The position numbers and the translations under genes were made by a program. DNA of 64,000 bases from Staphylococcus phage AH12, in the sequence record OR455461.1. One strand, written 5' to 3'. Under the pieces are notes generated by a model. The model saw nothing but the letters and a program-made list of their open reading frames with translations, was not told the DNA's origin and made no database searches. The first letter of the stretch is position 1. Each line of letters starts with the position of its first letter. Positions 50,659-59,596 of this stretch are shown here, piece after piece.

Positions 50659-51276
50659 CTATTCTGATTTACTAAATTCATTAATAAAATTATATTCTTG
50701 ATCAATATCTTTAAAGTATTCATCTATAATTTTACTCTGTTTAGATAGTATATTAATCTCTGTTACACTTGGTTTAAGATTAAGAACTTTCTGATTCACT
50801 GTCTCTGATTTAAAAACATCATTTAAACGTTTATTCATAAGAGTAGTATCTATTTTAGAAATATATTCATTTAATTCAATTGTATCAATATCAACAGGTA
50901 TAATAAAGTATAGGTTGGTCTTAATTATTTCATTATCTTCTGTTTTATTTCCTGTATAAATAATATTAACTTTATCAACTGATTTTAATTCAGAATTCAT
51001 AATATTATCAATAATTTTAGCATTTGAATTTTTAAAGTCTTTATCAATATTATCTAAATAATTGTAAAACTCATCAAATCTAACGATATGACCTGTATGG
51101 AAATCAAATCTCATTTTAAACTGATTTTTTCCTTTTTTATTGAATTTAACAACTTCATTAATGTCTTTTATATCATGTGTGTAATCTGGTTTAACTTTTT
51201 TATTAAATTCAAAATTAGACAATAATAAATAATTATTATTGTCTTTATCTTGAAATATTAGAAATTTATTTTTCAT
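50659..51276 (-). CDS. Hypothetical protein
   Basis: 205-aa ORF. Confidence 0.45.
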   Translation of the reverse strand: MKNKFLIFQDKDNNNYLLLSNFEFNKKVKPDYTHDIKDINEVVKFNKKGKNQFKMRFDFHTGHIVRFDEFYNYLDNIDKDFKNSNAKIIDNIMNSELKSVDKVNIIYTGNKTEDNEIIKTNLYFIIPVDIDTIELNEYISKIDTTLMNKRLNDVFKSETVNQKVLNLKPSVTEINILSKQSKIIDEYFKDIDQEYNFINEFSKSE

Positions 51277-51290
51277 AATTCATTTCATCC

Positions 51291-51818
51291 TTATCTGTTT
51301 TTAATTTTGTCAAATCCGTCCATTAATTTAAGTAATTTATATGATATTAATGTTATTGATAAATTATTATAAGTTGATACATAAAGTTCTTTAAGTTCTT
51401 TATTATTAAATTCATCTTCATTAAGTTTATTAATAATTTCATCTAAAGATGTTTCTAATATTAATACTGATTTATAATCATCTTTATTAATATTTGTCTT
51501 AATATCATTTGATGTTTTTAATATAGTACTAATATTCTCTTTATCAGTTCCATTAACTTCATTATTTTTAAATATATCAATTATATTATCTTCAATATTC
51601 TTTAATTCTTTTAGTGAATTGTTAATATTGATACTTATATACATTTTATTATTTTCTAAATCTCTCTTATTACTGATATTCTCTAATATACCTTTTAAGA
51701 TATTCTTATTAGGAAATTCTTCCAATTTACTACTTGTTTGAAAATCCGTTAATTCTTTAAATATTTCTTCAAATGTAAAAACTTCTTGTTTATTTGACAT
51801 ATCCATTTCACTCTCCAT
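51291..51818 (-). CDS. Hypothetical protein
   Basis: 175-aa ORF preceded by the promoter-like motif and a GGTAATGAGC hairpin. Confidence 0.45.
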   Translation of the reverse strand: MESEMDMSNKQEVFTFEEIFKELTDFQTSSKLEEFPNKNILKGILENISNKRDLENNKMYISININNSLKELKNIEDNIIDIFKNNEVNGTDKENISTILKTSNDIKTNINKDDYKSVLILETSLDEIINKLNEDEFNNKELKELYVSTYNNLSITLISYKLLKLMDGFDKIKNR

Positions 51819-51890
51819 TTTAATAATTTAATATAGGTAATGAGCGTTATAATATTTGCTCATTACCTATTTATAATATATACTTATTTC

Positions 51891-52952
51891 TTATTTAATA
51901 CTACTGAATAATATTGGATCTGATATTTTAATTCTGTCTTTAGGTACTCCAAAATCTTTTTCTTCTTCATGTAAATTGTAATAAATATTAGCATCATTAA
52001 GTTTAACTGCAATTGAATTACCTAACATTCTATAACTTTTATAATCTGATAATTTAACATCCTTATCAGAATAAATATTTATATTCATATTAAGTAAACC
52101 TAATTTACTTAAATAATCAAATACAAATTTATATCCTTTTCCATTATTAGCTATAAATAAATCATTATCATTTATCTCCCTATTATGAATATGATTAAAT
52201 ACAGATATAATGTCAAAGAAACCTTCTGCTATGTGAACATTATAAACATTTTGGTCTAATACCAAATTATTTGTGATTGAATAAAATCTATTACTTTCTT
52301 CTGCTAAATTTTTAAATATCTTTTGTTTAAAGTGTTTTTTACCAGTAACTTCATTAAACATCTTTCTACAATTTATAGTGTTTCTATCATTTAACATATA
52401 ACTAAAATAATTTTGATTTAATGTATTTATTTGAAGCTTATTATCCATATCAAAATTATTCTTTCTATAGAAATCATTTATATTTAATATTAGTTTATAT
52501 AAACTAATATCTGCTTTACTAATAGTAATTCCTAATCTTTCATTGATATAATTAATTTTTCCTATTTCTAATTCATTGTATTGATCTGGATAGTAATCTA
52601 ATATTTTAGTATTTCTATCTATAAAACTTTTACCGTATTTTCTATTTAAGTTAGATAAGTAATTATTATATTCACTATTAATATAACTACCAATATCTGC
52701 TTGATTAGAGTTTAACATTTCTAGTACTTTACTATTCATAACTCCTGAAGCATTACATCTTTGACAGAAATATTTGAATGGTGTATTATTTTGAATATAC
52801 ATATGTGTTGATTTATTAGATTTTTTAGAATCACCACAAAATGGACATCTAACCATTGTTTCATCTTGAGAAGAAGTTAATCTACATGGATTAACATTCT
52901 GTTTTAGATGATGATATAAAGTTAAATCGTATTTACTCATGTAGATTAACAC
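51891..52952 (-). CDS. DNA primase-like protein (zinc ribbon plus TOPRIM)
   Basis: RCPFCGDSKKS...YFCQRCNASG is a C-x2-C...C-x2-C zinc ribbon. It is followed by AEGFFDIIS (an EGxxD-like TOPRIM motif) and acidic SDKDV. Confidence 0.45.
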   Translation of the reverse strand: MLIYMSKYDLTLYHHLKQNVNPCRLTSSQDETMVRCPFCGDSKKSNKSTHMYIQNNTPFKYFCQRCNASGVMNSKVLEMLNSNQADIGSYINSEYNNYLSNLNRKYGKSFIDRNTKILDYYPDQYNELEIGKINYINERLGITISKADISLYKLILNINDFYRKNNFDMDNKLQINTLNQNYFSYMLNDRNTINCRKMFNEVTGKKHFKQKIFKNLAEESNRFYSITNNLVLDQNVYNVHIAEGFFDIISVFNHIHNREINDNDLFIANNGKGYKFVFDYLSKLGLLNMNINIYSDKDVKLSDYKSYRMLGNSIAVKLNDANIYYNLHEEEKDFGVPKDRIKISDPILFSSIK

Positions 52953-52966
52953 TTCTTTCTTTTATA

Positions 52967-53611
52967 TTATAATAAACTAATAATTTTTCGAACGATTTTA
53001 TCAAAGATAGATTCTTGTTTTCCTGCTTTTTTAATATCTACATTATCACGATATTCTTTACCTGTTTCAGGATCTTTTTGAACATTTTGCATTTTATCTT
53101 TAATATTTTTAGCTTTTTCTTCTGTTTTATTTTTAAGACCTTCTGCTGCTTCTTTTGTTTTCTCTACTGTAGGTGATTCAACTACAGTTTCCACAGCTAA
53201 TTCTACTTTACTTGGTTTAACATCATCTCCACGTAAAATTTTCTTATATTCGTTAAATGTAGGATAACCTTCTTTAGCAAATCTATAATCTTCAGTTAAA
53301 TGTCCAAAATATTCAGCTCTACGAATATGAGTAATAGTGTGAGTTTTTCTTTCAGTTCCATATTTTTCTTTGAATTCTTTTAAGATGTAAGTATTACCAT
53401 GTCCTTTATCGATTAAACCAGCAATGAAGTGAACTTGCTCTTTAGTTAATTTTGGTGTACCTTTAGTAGTTGTTTGTTTTTTAGTCATTTTTGAATCATC
53501 CTTTTTATTATTTTTTGACAAATCTATAATTTTTTCGTTATTTGAGTTTTCTAATTTAATTTCTTTTTCTAACTTTTTTCTTTGTCGTTTATTCATGTCG
53601 CATTTCTCCAT
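52967..53611 (-). CDS. Hypothetical basic protein
   Basis: 214 aa with K-rich termini. Confidence 0.4.
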   Translation of the reverse strand: MEKCDMNKRQRKKLEKEIKLENSNNEKIIDLSKNNKKDDSKMTKKQTTTKGTPKLTKEQVHFIAGLIDKGHGNTYILKEFKEKYGTERKTHTITHIRRAEYFGHLTEDYRFAKEGYPTFNEYKKILRGDDVKPSKVELAVETVVESPTVEKTKEAAEGLKNKTEEKAKNIKDKMQNVQKDPETGKEYRDNVDIKKAGKQESIFDKIVRKIISLL

Positions 53612-54187
53612 TCAATTTAATAGTCTATCAATAAAAATATTATTGTTAAATGTATAAGCACCAGTATTATCTAATTTTTTATAATTAAAATTACTTCTAA
53701 TATATTTTCTAATTCTACTTTTAATGACATTTTCTAAGAAATTAGTTGTATTATATATTTCTGAAATTAATTCGTTTCTCCACTTATTAATTCCATCGGT
53801 TATATCATAAGTGCCAGTTATTCCTAATGATTCATTTTCATATTTATGTCCTAAATTTCCTCTATTAACGCTATATAAAGTATTTAAAACCATATTAAGT
53901 CTTTCAGCAAAAGTGTTACATAAAAATCTAGATATTTCATAATGTGTTGTAGTTAAAGTTACACTTACAACTTTATTAATATCATTGTTAACAATCTTTT
54001 TAATATGTTTTTTAGAATTATCTTTAAAACTGTTAGATTCTTTTATAATATCATTAATAATATCTTGATTAATATAATCCTGATCAATCTTAAGTAATTC
54101 TTTATAAATTTCTTCATAAAATATATCTAACGATTTTTCAGCCATATCGATTAAATTCTTTTCATTATTCTTTTTATATTTTATCAA
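53612..54187 (-). CDS. Hypothetical protein
   Basis: 191-aa ORF. Confidence 0.4.
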   Translation of the reverse strand: MIKYKKNNEKNLIDMAEKSLDIFYEEIYKELLKIDQDYINQDIINDIIKESNSFKDNSKKHIKKIVNNDINKVVSVTLTTTHYEISRFLCNTFAERLNMVLNTLYSVNRGNLGHKYENESLGITGTYDITDGINKWRNELISEIYNTTNFLENVIKSRIRKYIRSNFNYKKLDNTGAYTFNNNIFIDRLLN

Positions 54188-54254
54188 TTCTATAAACCCT
54201 CCATATTTATAAAGTATAATAAGAATGGATAATCATAAAGATTATCCATTAAAA

Positions 54255-54455
54255 TTACTTATTCACTTTGATTGCATAATCATAAAGTATCAAAGCAGTA
54301 TTAAAAGCTATATTATCTAATTTATTAATTCCCCTTTTAATTCTACCAATTTTAGCTCTACTTATTCCAGTACATTTTTCAATTTCATAATTACTAATCT
54401 CTTTATTATTTAATAGTTTTTCTATCTCATATTTAACTTCTTCAGCTTTATTCAC
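54255..54455 (-). CDS. Small XRE-like HTH protein (GTG start); overlaps the end of the beta-prime exon 2 in another frame
   Basis: ISNYEIEKCTGISRAKIGRIKRG is a classic HTH_3-like helix-turn-helix. Confidence 0.4.
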   Translation of the reverse strand: MNKAEEVKYEIEKLLNNKEISNYEIEKCTGISRAKIGRIKRGINKLDNIAFNTALILYDYAIKVNK

Positions 54456-54657
54456 TAGCTTTAATACCTACATTTTTTGATTTAGGGTTATTTAGTAAAT
54501 AAACAGCTATTTGTGAGTCTTTATTAAGCGAGTAAGTTCTATTAAATAATCCATCATTATATGAAATTAATTGATTTACTGGATCTTGGACTTTTAACTG
54601 TTCGTATTGTTCTTCTGAAAATAGTGCTATGATGTTTAAAGTGTCACCATCATACGT
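54448..54657 (-). CDS. RNA polymerase beta-prime N-terminal fragment, exon 2 (catalytic DxDGD motif)
   Basis: Minus-strand frame (N)YDGDTLNIIALFSEEQYEQLKVQDPVNQLISYNDG...VGIKASE* matches E. coli [39 protein letters not shown]. Downstream of two intron cores. Confidence 0.6.
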   Translation of the reverse strand, partial: TYDGDTLNIIALFSEEQYEQLKVQDPVNQLISYNDGLFNRTYSLNKDSQIAVYLLNNPKSKNVGIKASE

Positions 54658-54830
54658 TTATCTTAATCTATATAAATATTATCATATAGACGAGACTATA
54701 TCATTACCATTTAAGGTAGAATATATTTAGTCGTTGAACAAATTATATTAATTTGATGCTGATTAATTTAATAATCTTCTCAGCAATTAATATTCTTTTC
54801 TATAAATCTCTCAATTTAAAGCGACTATTA
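54658..54830 (-). ncRNA. Group I intron core F (second of two in the beta-prime gene); boundaries approximate
   Basis: Reverse complement carries TTAATTGCTGAGAAGATTATTAAATTAATCAGCATC (54754-54790), GTTCAACGACTAAATAT (54725-54739) and GATATAGTCT (54693-54702), plus a P9-like CGTCTATATGATAATATTTATATAG. Confidence 0.55.
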
Positions 54831-54998
54831 TTTAATCGGCCATTTGTATTAACTTCATAGAGATTTTTCTATAAAGATTAGACTATATCAAACTCATATT
54901 AGTGAGTGAATTTATTTAGTCGTTGAACAATCATCTTGATTGATGCTGATTAATTTAATAATCTTCTCAGCAATTAAAATTCTTTTGACATTATATTA
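54830..54998 (-). ncRNA. Group I intron core G (first of two in the beta-prime gene); boundaries approximate
   Basis: Its P4-P6 segment is identical to that of core F (54942-54977). GTTCAACGACTAAAT (54914-54928) and GATATAGTCT (54880-54889). Confidence 0.55.
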
Positions 54999-56120
54999 CT
55001 ATAATGAAAGGCTACCTTTATAACCCATACCAGCAAGTATATTATTACTAATACCTACTACTGATGATTCTATATCTTGAATTATATCTTTAATTTTCAA
55101 TATTTGAACAGAGCTTTCACTAATTGAGGGATTTCTATTTAAAATAACTCTCATTCCATTTTCAGTTTTATCAACTAGTTCTCTCATATATTTATATACT
55201 TTAGGATTAAATGTATCTAATGCTCTGTCTAATATTTCTTCACCTTTAGCTAAAGGAATATTTTCTGTTACATACATTAAATTTGCTAAGATAGGTTTAT
55301 ATACTTCTAAGAAGATAGTGTAATTTAATCTGATTTCATTTAATTTAAGGTCAGGTGCTGGAACAATTACTGAACGTGCAGAGAAACCAACACGACTACC
55401 CATTAGTAATTTACGAATAGTTCCACCTTTACCTTTAATATTCTCATTAATTACACGATCACTAATATTAATACTATCATTCTGAATTTTACTTAATAGA
55501 TTTAATTTTTGTAACTCCACTGAATCATCTGTATAATGTCTATCAAGTTCTTTAATACTATTACTATGTGCAATTAATAAATTATAATCTTTATTAATTT
55601 CAGAATGTCTAAAAGTTTTAGTAGCTTTGTTAACTGTAGCAGGTCTTAATTTAGGACTAAATACAGTTACATAATTTTGGAATAGTAAATCAGATAAATA
55701 CCATTGTACTACTCTATTGTAATCTTTAGTTTTACGTTTATCACGTTTAACTTCTTCTTTAAGAATTTTTAAGAAATTCTTTCTAAATTCAATTAAACCA
55801 ATATAAGAGTTATGATCATCTTCAGGTTCAATTACATTACCATTCTCATCAATAGGTTTTTCAGAACTAATAATTTCTTGGAATCTTTTATTACCAATTA
55901 ATTTTTTAACACGTTCATATCCTAATGGATTTAATATATAATTATTACCTAAATCTACAATAGCTTCATTAGTAATATTATCTGCTTCTGAATCAGGACC
56001 GAAGATTTTTTCACTGAAAATACCATCTTCAGTGAAATCTCCTTTTTTATCTATTGATTCATGATTAGTTACAACTGGAACATTTTCTAAATCCTTTTTC
56101 TTGAGTAAAAATCTAACCAT
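54999..56120 (-). CDS. RNA polymerase beta-prime N-terminal fragment, exon 1
   Basis: [10 protein letters not shown] matches E. coli [23 protein letters not shown] matches [46 protein letters not shown] matches [37 protein letters not shown] matches PVLLNRAPT. Confidence 0.75.
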   Translation of the reverse strand: [373 protein letters not shown]

Positions 56121-56123
56121 AAC

Positions 56124-57746
56124 TTAATCTTCTCCCTCTTCTACAATTTCTTTAATGTCCATAACAACTTCTTGATCATCATTTTCTTTCTCTAATTTAT
56201 CAATATTTTCAATATCTTCAATTTCTTTGATATTAGGTTTATTTTCAAAATAGAATGAACCATTTTCACCAGGATCTTTAACTTCACAGAAAGGTGTTAA
56301 AGTACGAGTAATACCTGGATTATTTGATGAAGTAGCAATCAAATCAATTCTACCGAAATAAGTGTTATTGATATTGATTGTTCTAATAGATGGTTTACTA
56401 GTGTCTACAGCTGATTGTGGACCTGCTTTAGTCATTTTAAGAATTCTAGTAAATAAGTCAATTGTATTAACTGCATTAGAATAACGTATACCGTCAGAAG
56501 TTCCAATAGTCTTCAATAGATAATCTCTAGGTACTCCTGAGAATAATCCTTTAAGATTTTTAATTGTACGTTTTTTATCTGAGAAGTTAATCATACGATA
56601 TGAAGTATCAGAGTTTTTTCTATTCAGTGGATAAGTTAAATATTCTAATACTCTTAAACGTTTATTAGCTAAATCTGTATTATCTAATAAGTTAAGATTA
56701 TCAAAGTTCTTAAACATGTATTTAACCACATGATAAGTTGATTCTTTATCTTCTGATTCTAATCGTGATATAGCTTGAGTACGACTATCTAATATACGAT
56801 CAAATGAAAGTATCATTGAATTCGCTTTATCTATTTTAGTGTCAATATTAGTTGAACCACTGAAGATAGAACCTAAAGCTTTTAACCAGAATTCTCTATC
56901 GTATATTTTATCTAATCCCGCTCTCATTCCTTTGAATAAATCTTTAATACAAAGGATCATAGAATTTCTATAACGATCATCAACGTCTAACCATTCTTTT
57001 TCAACTTTTAAAGAAAGTTTATTATTAATTTTAAAGTAATAGTAATTATCTTCTTTTTCATCATTAATATCTATTACTTTACAATGGTCTTTAATTTCTA
57101 AGAATTCAAATGTTTCATCAAATCCCATTTTTGCAACAAAGAACATAAATGCTGGAACACTCTTATTTTTATTGAACACTTCTAGATATAGAGTTCTTCC
57201 TCTTTGGACATTATTCATCTTATTATCGTCATCCATAATAGTATCTTTTTTAGAACCATTGACTGATAGTGGTTGCAATAAGTTTTTCATTACTACAGTA
57301 CTAGCTTTTGGTTTATAAAATTCAGCATCTGCTAATTGTAGAATTGGGAAAAATTTGTTATTATTAATATAGTAGTATTGACCTTCAATAAGTTCAGGGA
57401 AATCTAATTTGTGTGTATATTCTTCTTTATTACCTTCTGAATCTTCAAATTCTACTGTAATTTGAACTTCTAGTAATTTAGATTCCTCAACATTAATTTT
57501 TCTGTAATCTTTAGATTTAAGTTGTTTATCTGTCATTTGATTAAATTCATAAACCTGACTTGGTGAAACGACTTTACAATCTAAGAATTTAATTCCTTTA
57601 ATAAATTCTACTGATCTATAAATGTCTGAAATGATTTTTTCTAAACTTTCATTTTGTCTGAAATAGATTACGTCTTCGTTAAATGGTTCTTTTTTGCTAA
57701 TGTCTTCGTTGATGTTCTTTGTAACTTTACTTAAGTATTTACTCAA
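56124..57746 (-). CDS. RNA polymerase beta-subunit N-terminal fragment (split beta)
   Basis: [25 protein letters not shown] matches beta [47 protein letters not shown] matches [24 protein letters not shown]. 540 aa, about half the size of a full beta, and immediately upstream of the beta-prime N-terminal gene. Confidence 0.6.
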   Translation of the reverse strand: [540 protein letters not shown]

Positions 57747-57907
57747 TTATCCGACACTCTCCCTCTTGGTAATAAAAACTTTATAAGATATGAGTTATTT
57801 CTGGTTTTTATTTTTTTACAAAATGAAAACTCATAACAATATTATATCATAAAACTTAGAAAAATGCTAGGAAAATAATACTATTTTTCTAAAAATTTTA
57901 AAAATAA

Positions 57908-58240
57908 ATGAAAGAAAGGAATCTAAAAATGAATAGACAAATTCAAGATCAAAAACATTTCTTCCGTGAATGGTCTAAACGAACTGGTTTATCTCAAAGA
58001 GAATTAGTCGATGCTTATTCAGAAATGATCGATATTTTAGTTGAATCAGCTAATGATTCAGATCAAACTAAAACTATTATTCCTGAAATTGGTGTTTTAG
58101 AAGTTAAACCTGAAGATATGCGTAAACGTAGAAATCCAAGAACTAATCAAATTGTAGTTACTGAACCTACACGTAAAGCACACATTCGTTTATATCCTAG
58201 ACTTAAAAATAGATTTAAACCTGAAGAACTAGAAAAATAA
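57908..58240 (+). CDS. HU/IHF-family DNA-binding protein
   Basis: GVLEVKPEDMRKRRNPRTNQIVVTEPTRKAHIRLYPRLK matches the HU consensus [32 protein letters not shown]. Confidence 0.65.
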   Translation: MKERNLKMNRQIQDQKHFFREWSKRTGLSQRELVDAYSEMIDILVESANDSDQTKTIIPEIGVLEVKPEDMRKRRNPRTNQIVVTEPTRKAHIRLYPRLKNRFKPEELEK

Positions 58241-58290
58241 AAATAATTCAAAAGCCATAATATACTTATTTGTATATTATGGCAATTTTA

Positions 58291-58569
58291 TTATTCATTT
58301 TCATTAATGTCTTCTTTAGTTTCTTTTCTTTTAATAGTTAAATTAAGTACTTTTCTGAAAAATTTAATTTTAAGATTTAATAAGAAATTACTATCTGATT
58401 TAATCTTAACATCAAACTTCTGCTCTTTATCTTCTTCAGTTTCAGGTAAAGTAACAAATTCAAAGTCTACTCTTTCTAAGTCTTCTCTAGATAATAATTC
58501 TTTCTTTTGACTTTCATTAAGTTTTAACCCTAATCTTTTTTCTAATTTCTTTTGATTTCTTTTATTCAT
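58291..58569 (-). CDS. Small K/E-rich protein
   Basis: 92-aa ORF. Confidence 0.4.
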   Translation of the reverse strand: MNKRNQKKLEKRLGLKLNESQKKELLSREDLERVDFEFVTLPETEEDKEQKFDVKIKSDSNFLLNLKIKFFRKVLNLTIKRKETKEDINENE

Positions 58570-58598
58570 ATTAATAAGTCATCTCCATATTATAATTA

Positions 58599-58982
58599 TT
58601 AATCTTTATAGTCTGGTTTAGCTGGAATCCACATCTTAGGATTATAATTAATTTCATATTGATATTTGCTAACATTCTTAGTTGTAACGTCTTCAACAGT
58701 ATATGAAACATTATCAGATAGACCAATGATGTGTTTTTGATATTTACCATTTTCATTTTCTACAACTATTTCCAACTGATTATCATCTTTATCTGCTTTG
58801 ATAGACATACGTCCAGACATCTGAAAAATAATATCATTCTTAATAGCATTTATAACAGTTACTTTTCTAACTACATTAAAATTATCTGACTCTTCAGACA
58901 TATTCTGACTAACCTTATCTGCTTGAGAACACCCTGTTAATAATAAAACGAATAATAATGGTAGTACTAAAAATTTCTTCAT
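58599..58982 (-). CDS. Putative lipoprotein
   Basis: MKKFLVLPLLFVLLLTGCSQ has a signal peptide with the lipobox LTGC. Confidence 0.55.
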   Translation of the reverse strand: MKKFLVLPLLFVLLLTGCSQADKVSQNMSEESDNFNVVRKVTVINAIKNDIIFQMSGRMSIKADKDDNQLEIVVENENGKYQKHIIGLSDNVSYTVEDVTTKNVSKYQYEINYNPKMWIPAKPDYKD

Positions 58983-59016
58983 GATTGTTTTCTCCTTTGA
59001 TTGTCTTAATATATTA

Positions 59017-59070
59017 GAGGTAATGACAAATTGTATGTCATTACCTCATTTTTATAATATATATTTAAAT
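59017..59070 (-). promoter_or_regulatory. Promoter-like motif TTTAAATATATATTATAAA plus a GAGGTAATGACA...TGTCATTACCTC hairpin upstream of the lipoprotein gene
   Basis: Same motif-hairpin-RBS architecture as at 51833-51890. Confidence 0.4.
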
Positions 59071-59286
59071 AATATCTTCCTCATAATTAGGAATAATTAA
59101 TTCTTGTTCTAATAAATTATCTAACTTACTTTTTTCTAATACAAATCCATTACCATCTTTATCTGAATATAAAAGTAATTCAGATTCACCATCAATAAAG
59201 TTTTTTAAACCTCTACGGTGTAAAAAGAATTTTCTTTCGTTCTTCTTATATTCAAATGAGAATGGTATTTTTCCTTCTTCCATCAT
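59065..59286 (-). CDS. Small hypothetical protein
   Basis: 73-aa ORF. Confidence 0.4.
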   Translation of the reverse strand: MMEEGKIPFSFEYKKNERKFFLHRRGLKNFIDGESELLLYSDKDGNGFVLEKSKLDNLLEQELIIPNYEEDII

Positions 59287-59576
59287 GCTACAACATCTCC
59301 ATCTTTAGTTTCAACATTCTTTGAATTTAATTCAATACTAAAATTCTTAATATGATTCAAGTGATTTAATTTTAATTTACTTCTAAAACTTTCCTTATCA
59401 ATACTTTCGATATTATAAGTATTCAATATCATTTGCATTGTAGTAAAGTTTTCTGAATCATATATTTCTAATAACGTAATCTCCAATTTATTAATAGCTT
59501 CTTCAAACGTATCAAACGTAAATGATTCAACTATTCTTCTATTGAATTTTAATTTAAATCCATATACTCTTTTCAT
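59283..59576 (-). CDS. Hypothetical protein
   Basis: 97-aa ORF overlapping the downstream start by 4 nt. Confidence 0.4.
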   Translation of the reverse strand: MKRVYGFKLKFNRRIVESFTFDTFEEAINKLEITLLEIYDSENFTTMQMILNTYNIESIDKESFRSKLKLNHLNHIKNFSIELNSKNVETKDGDVVA

Positions 59577-59596
59577 TTAAATTCTCTCCTTTCTAT

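Noticed and set aside
54255-54455. HTH ORF as a continuation of beta-prime
   Set aside because: It is in a different frame from the DFDGD-containing exon, which has its own stop at 54448. There is no beta-prime similarity.
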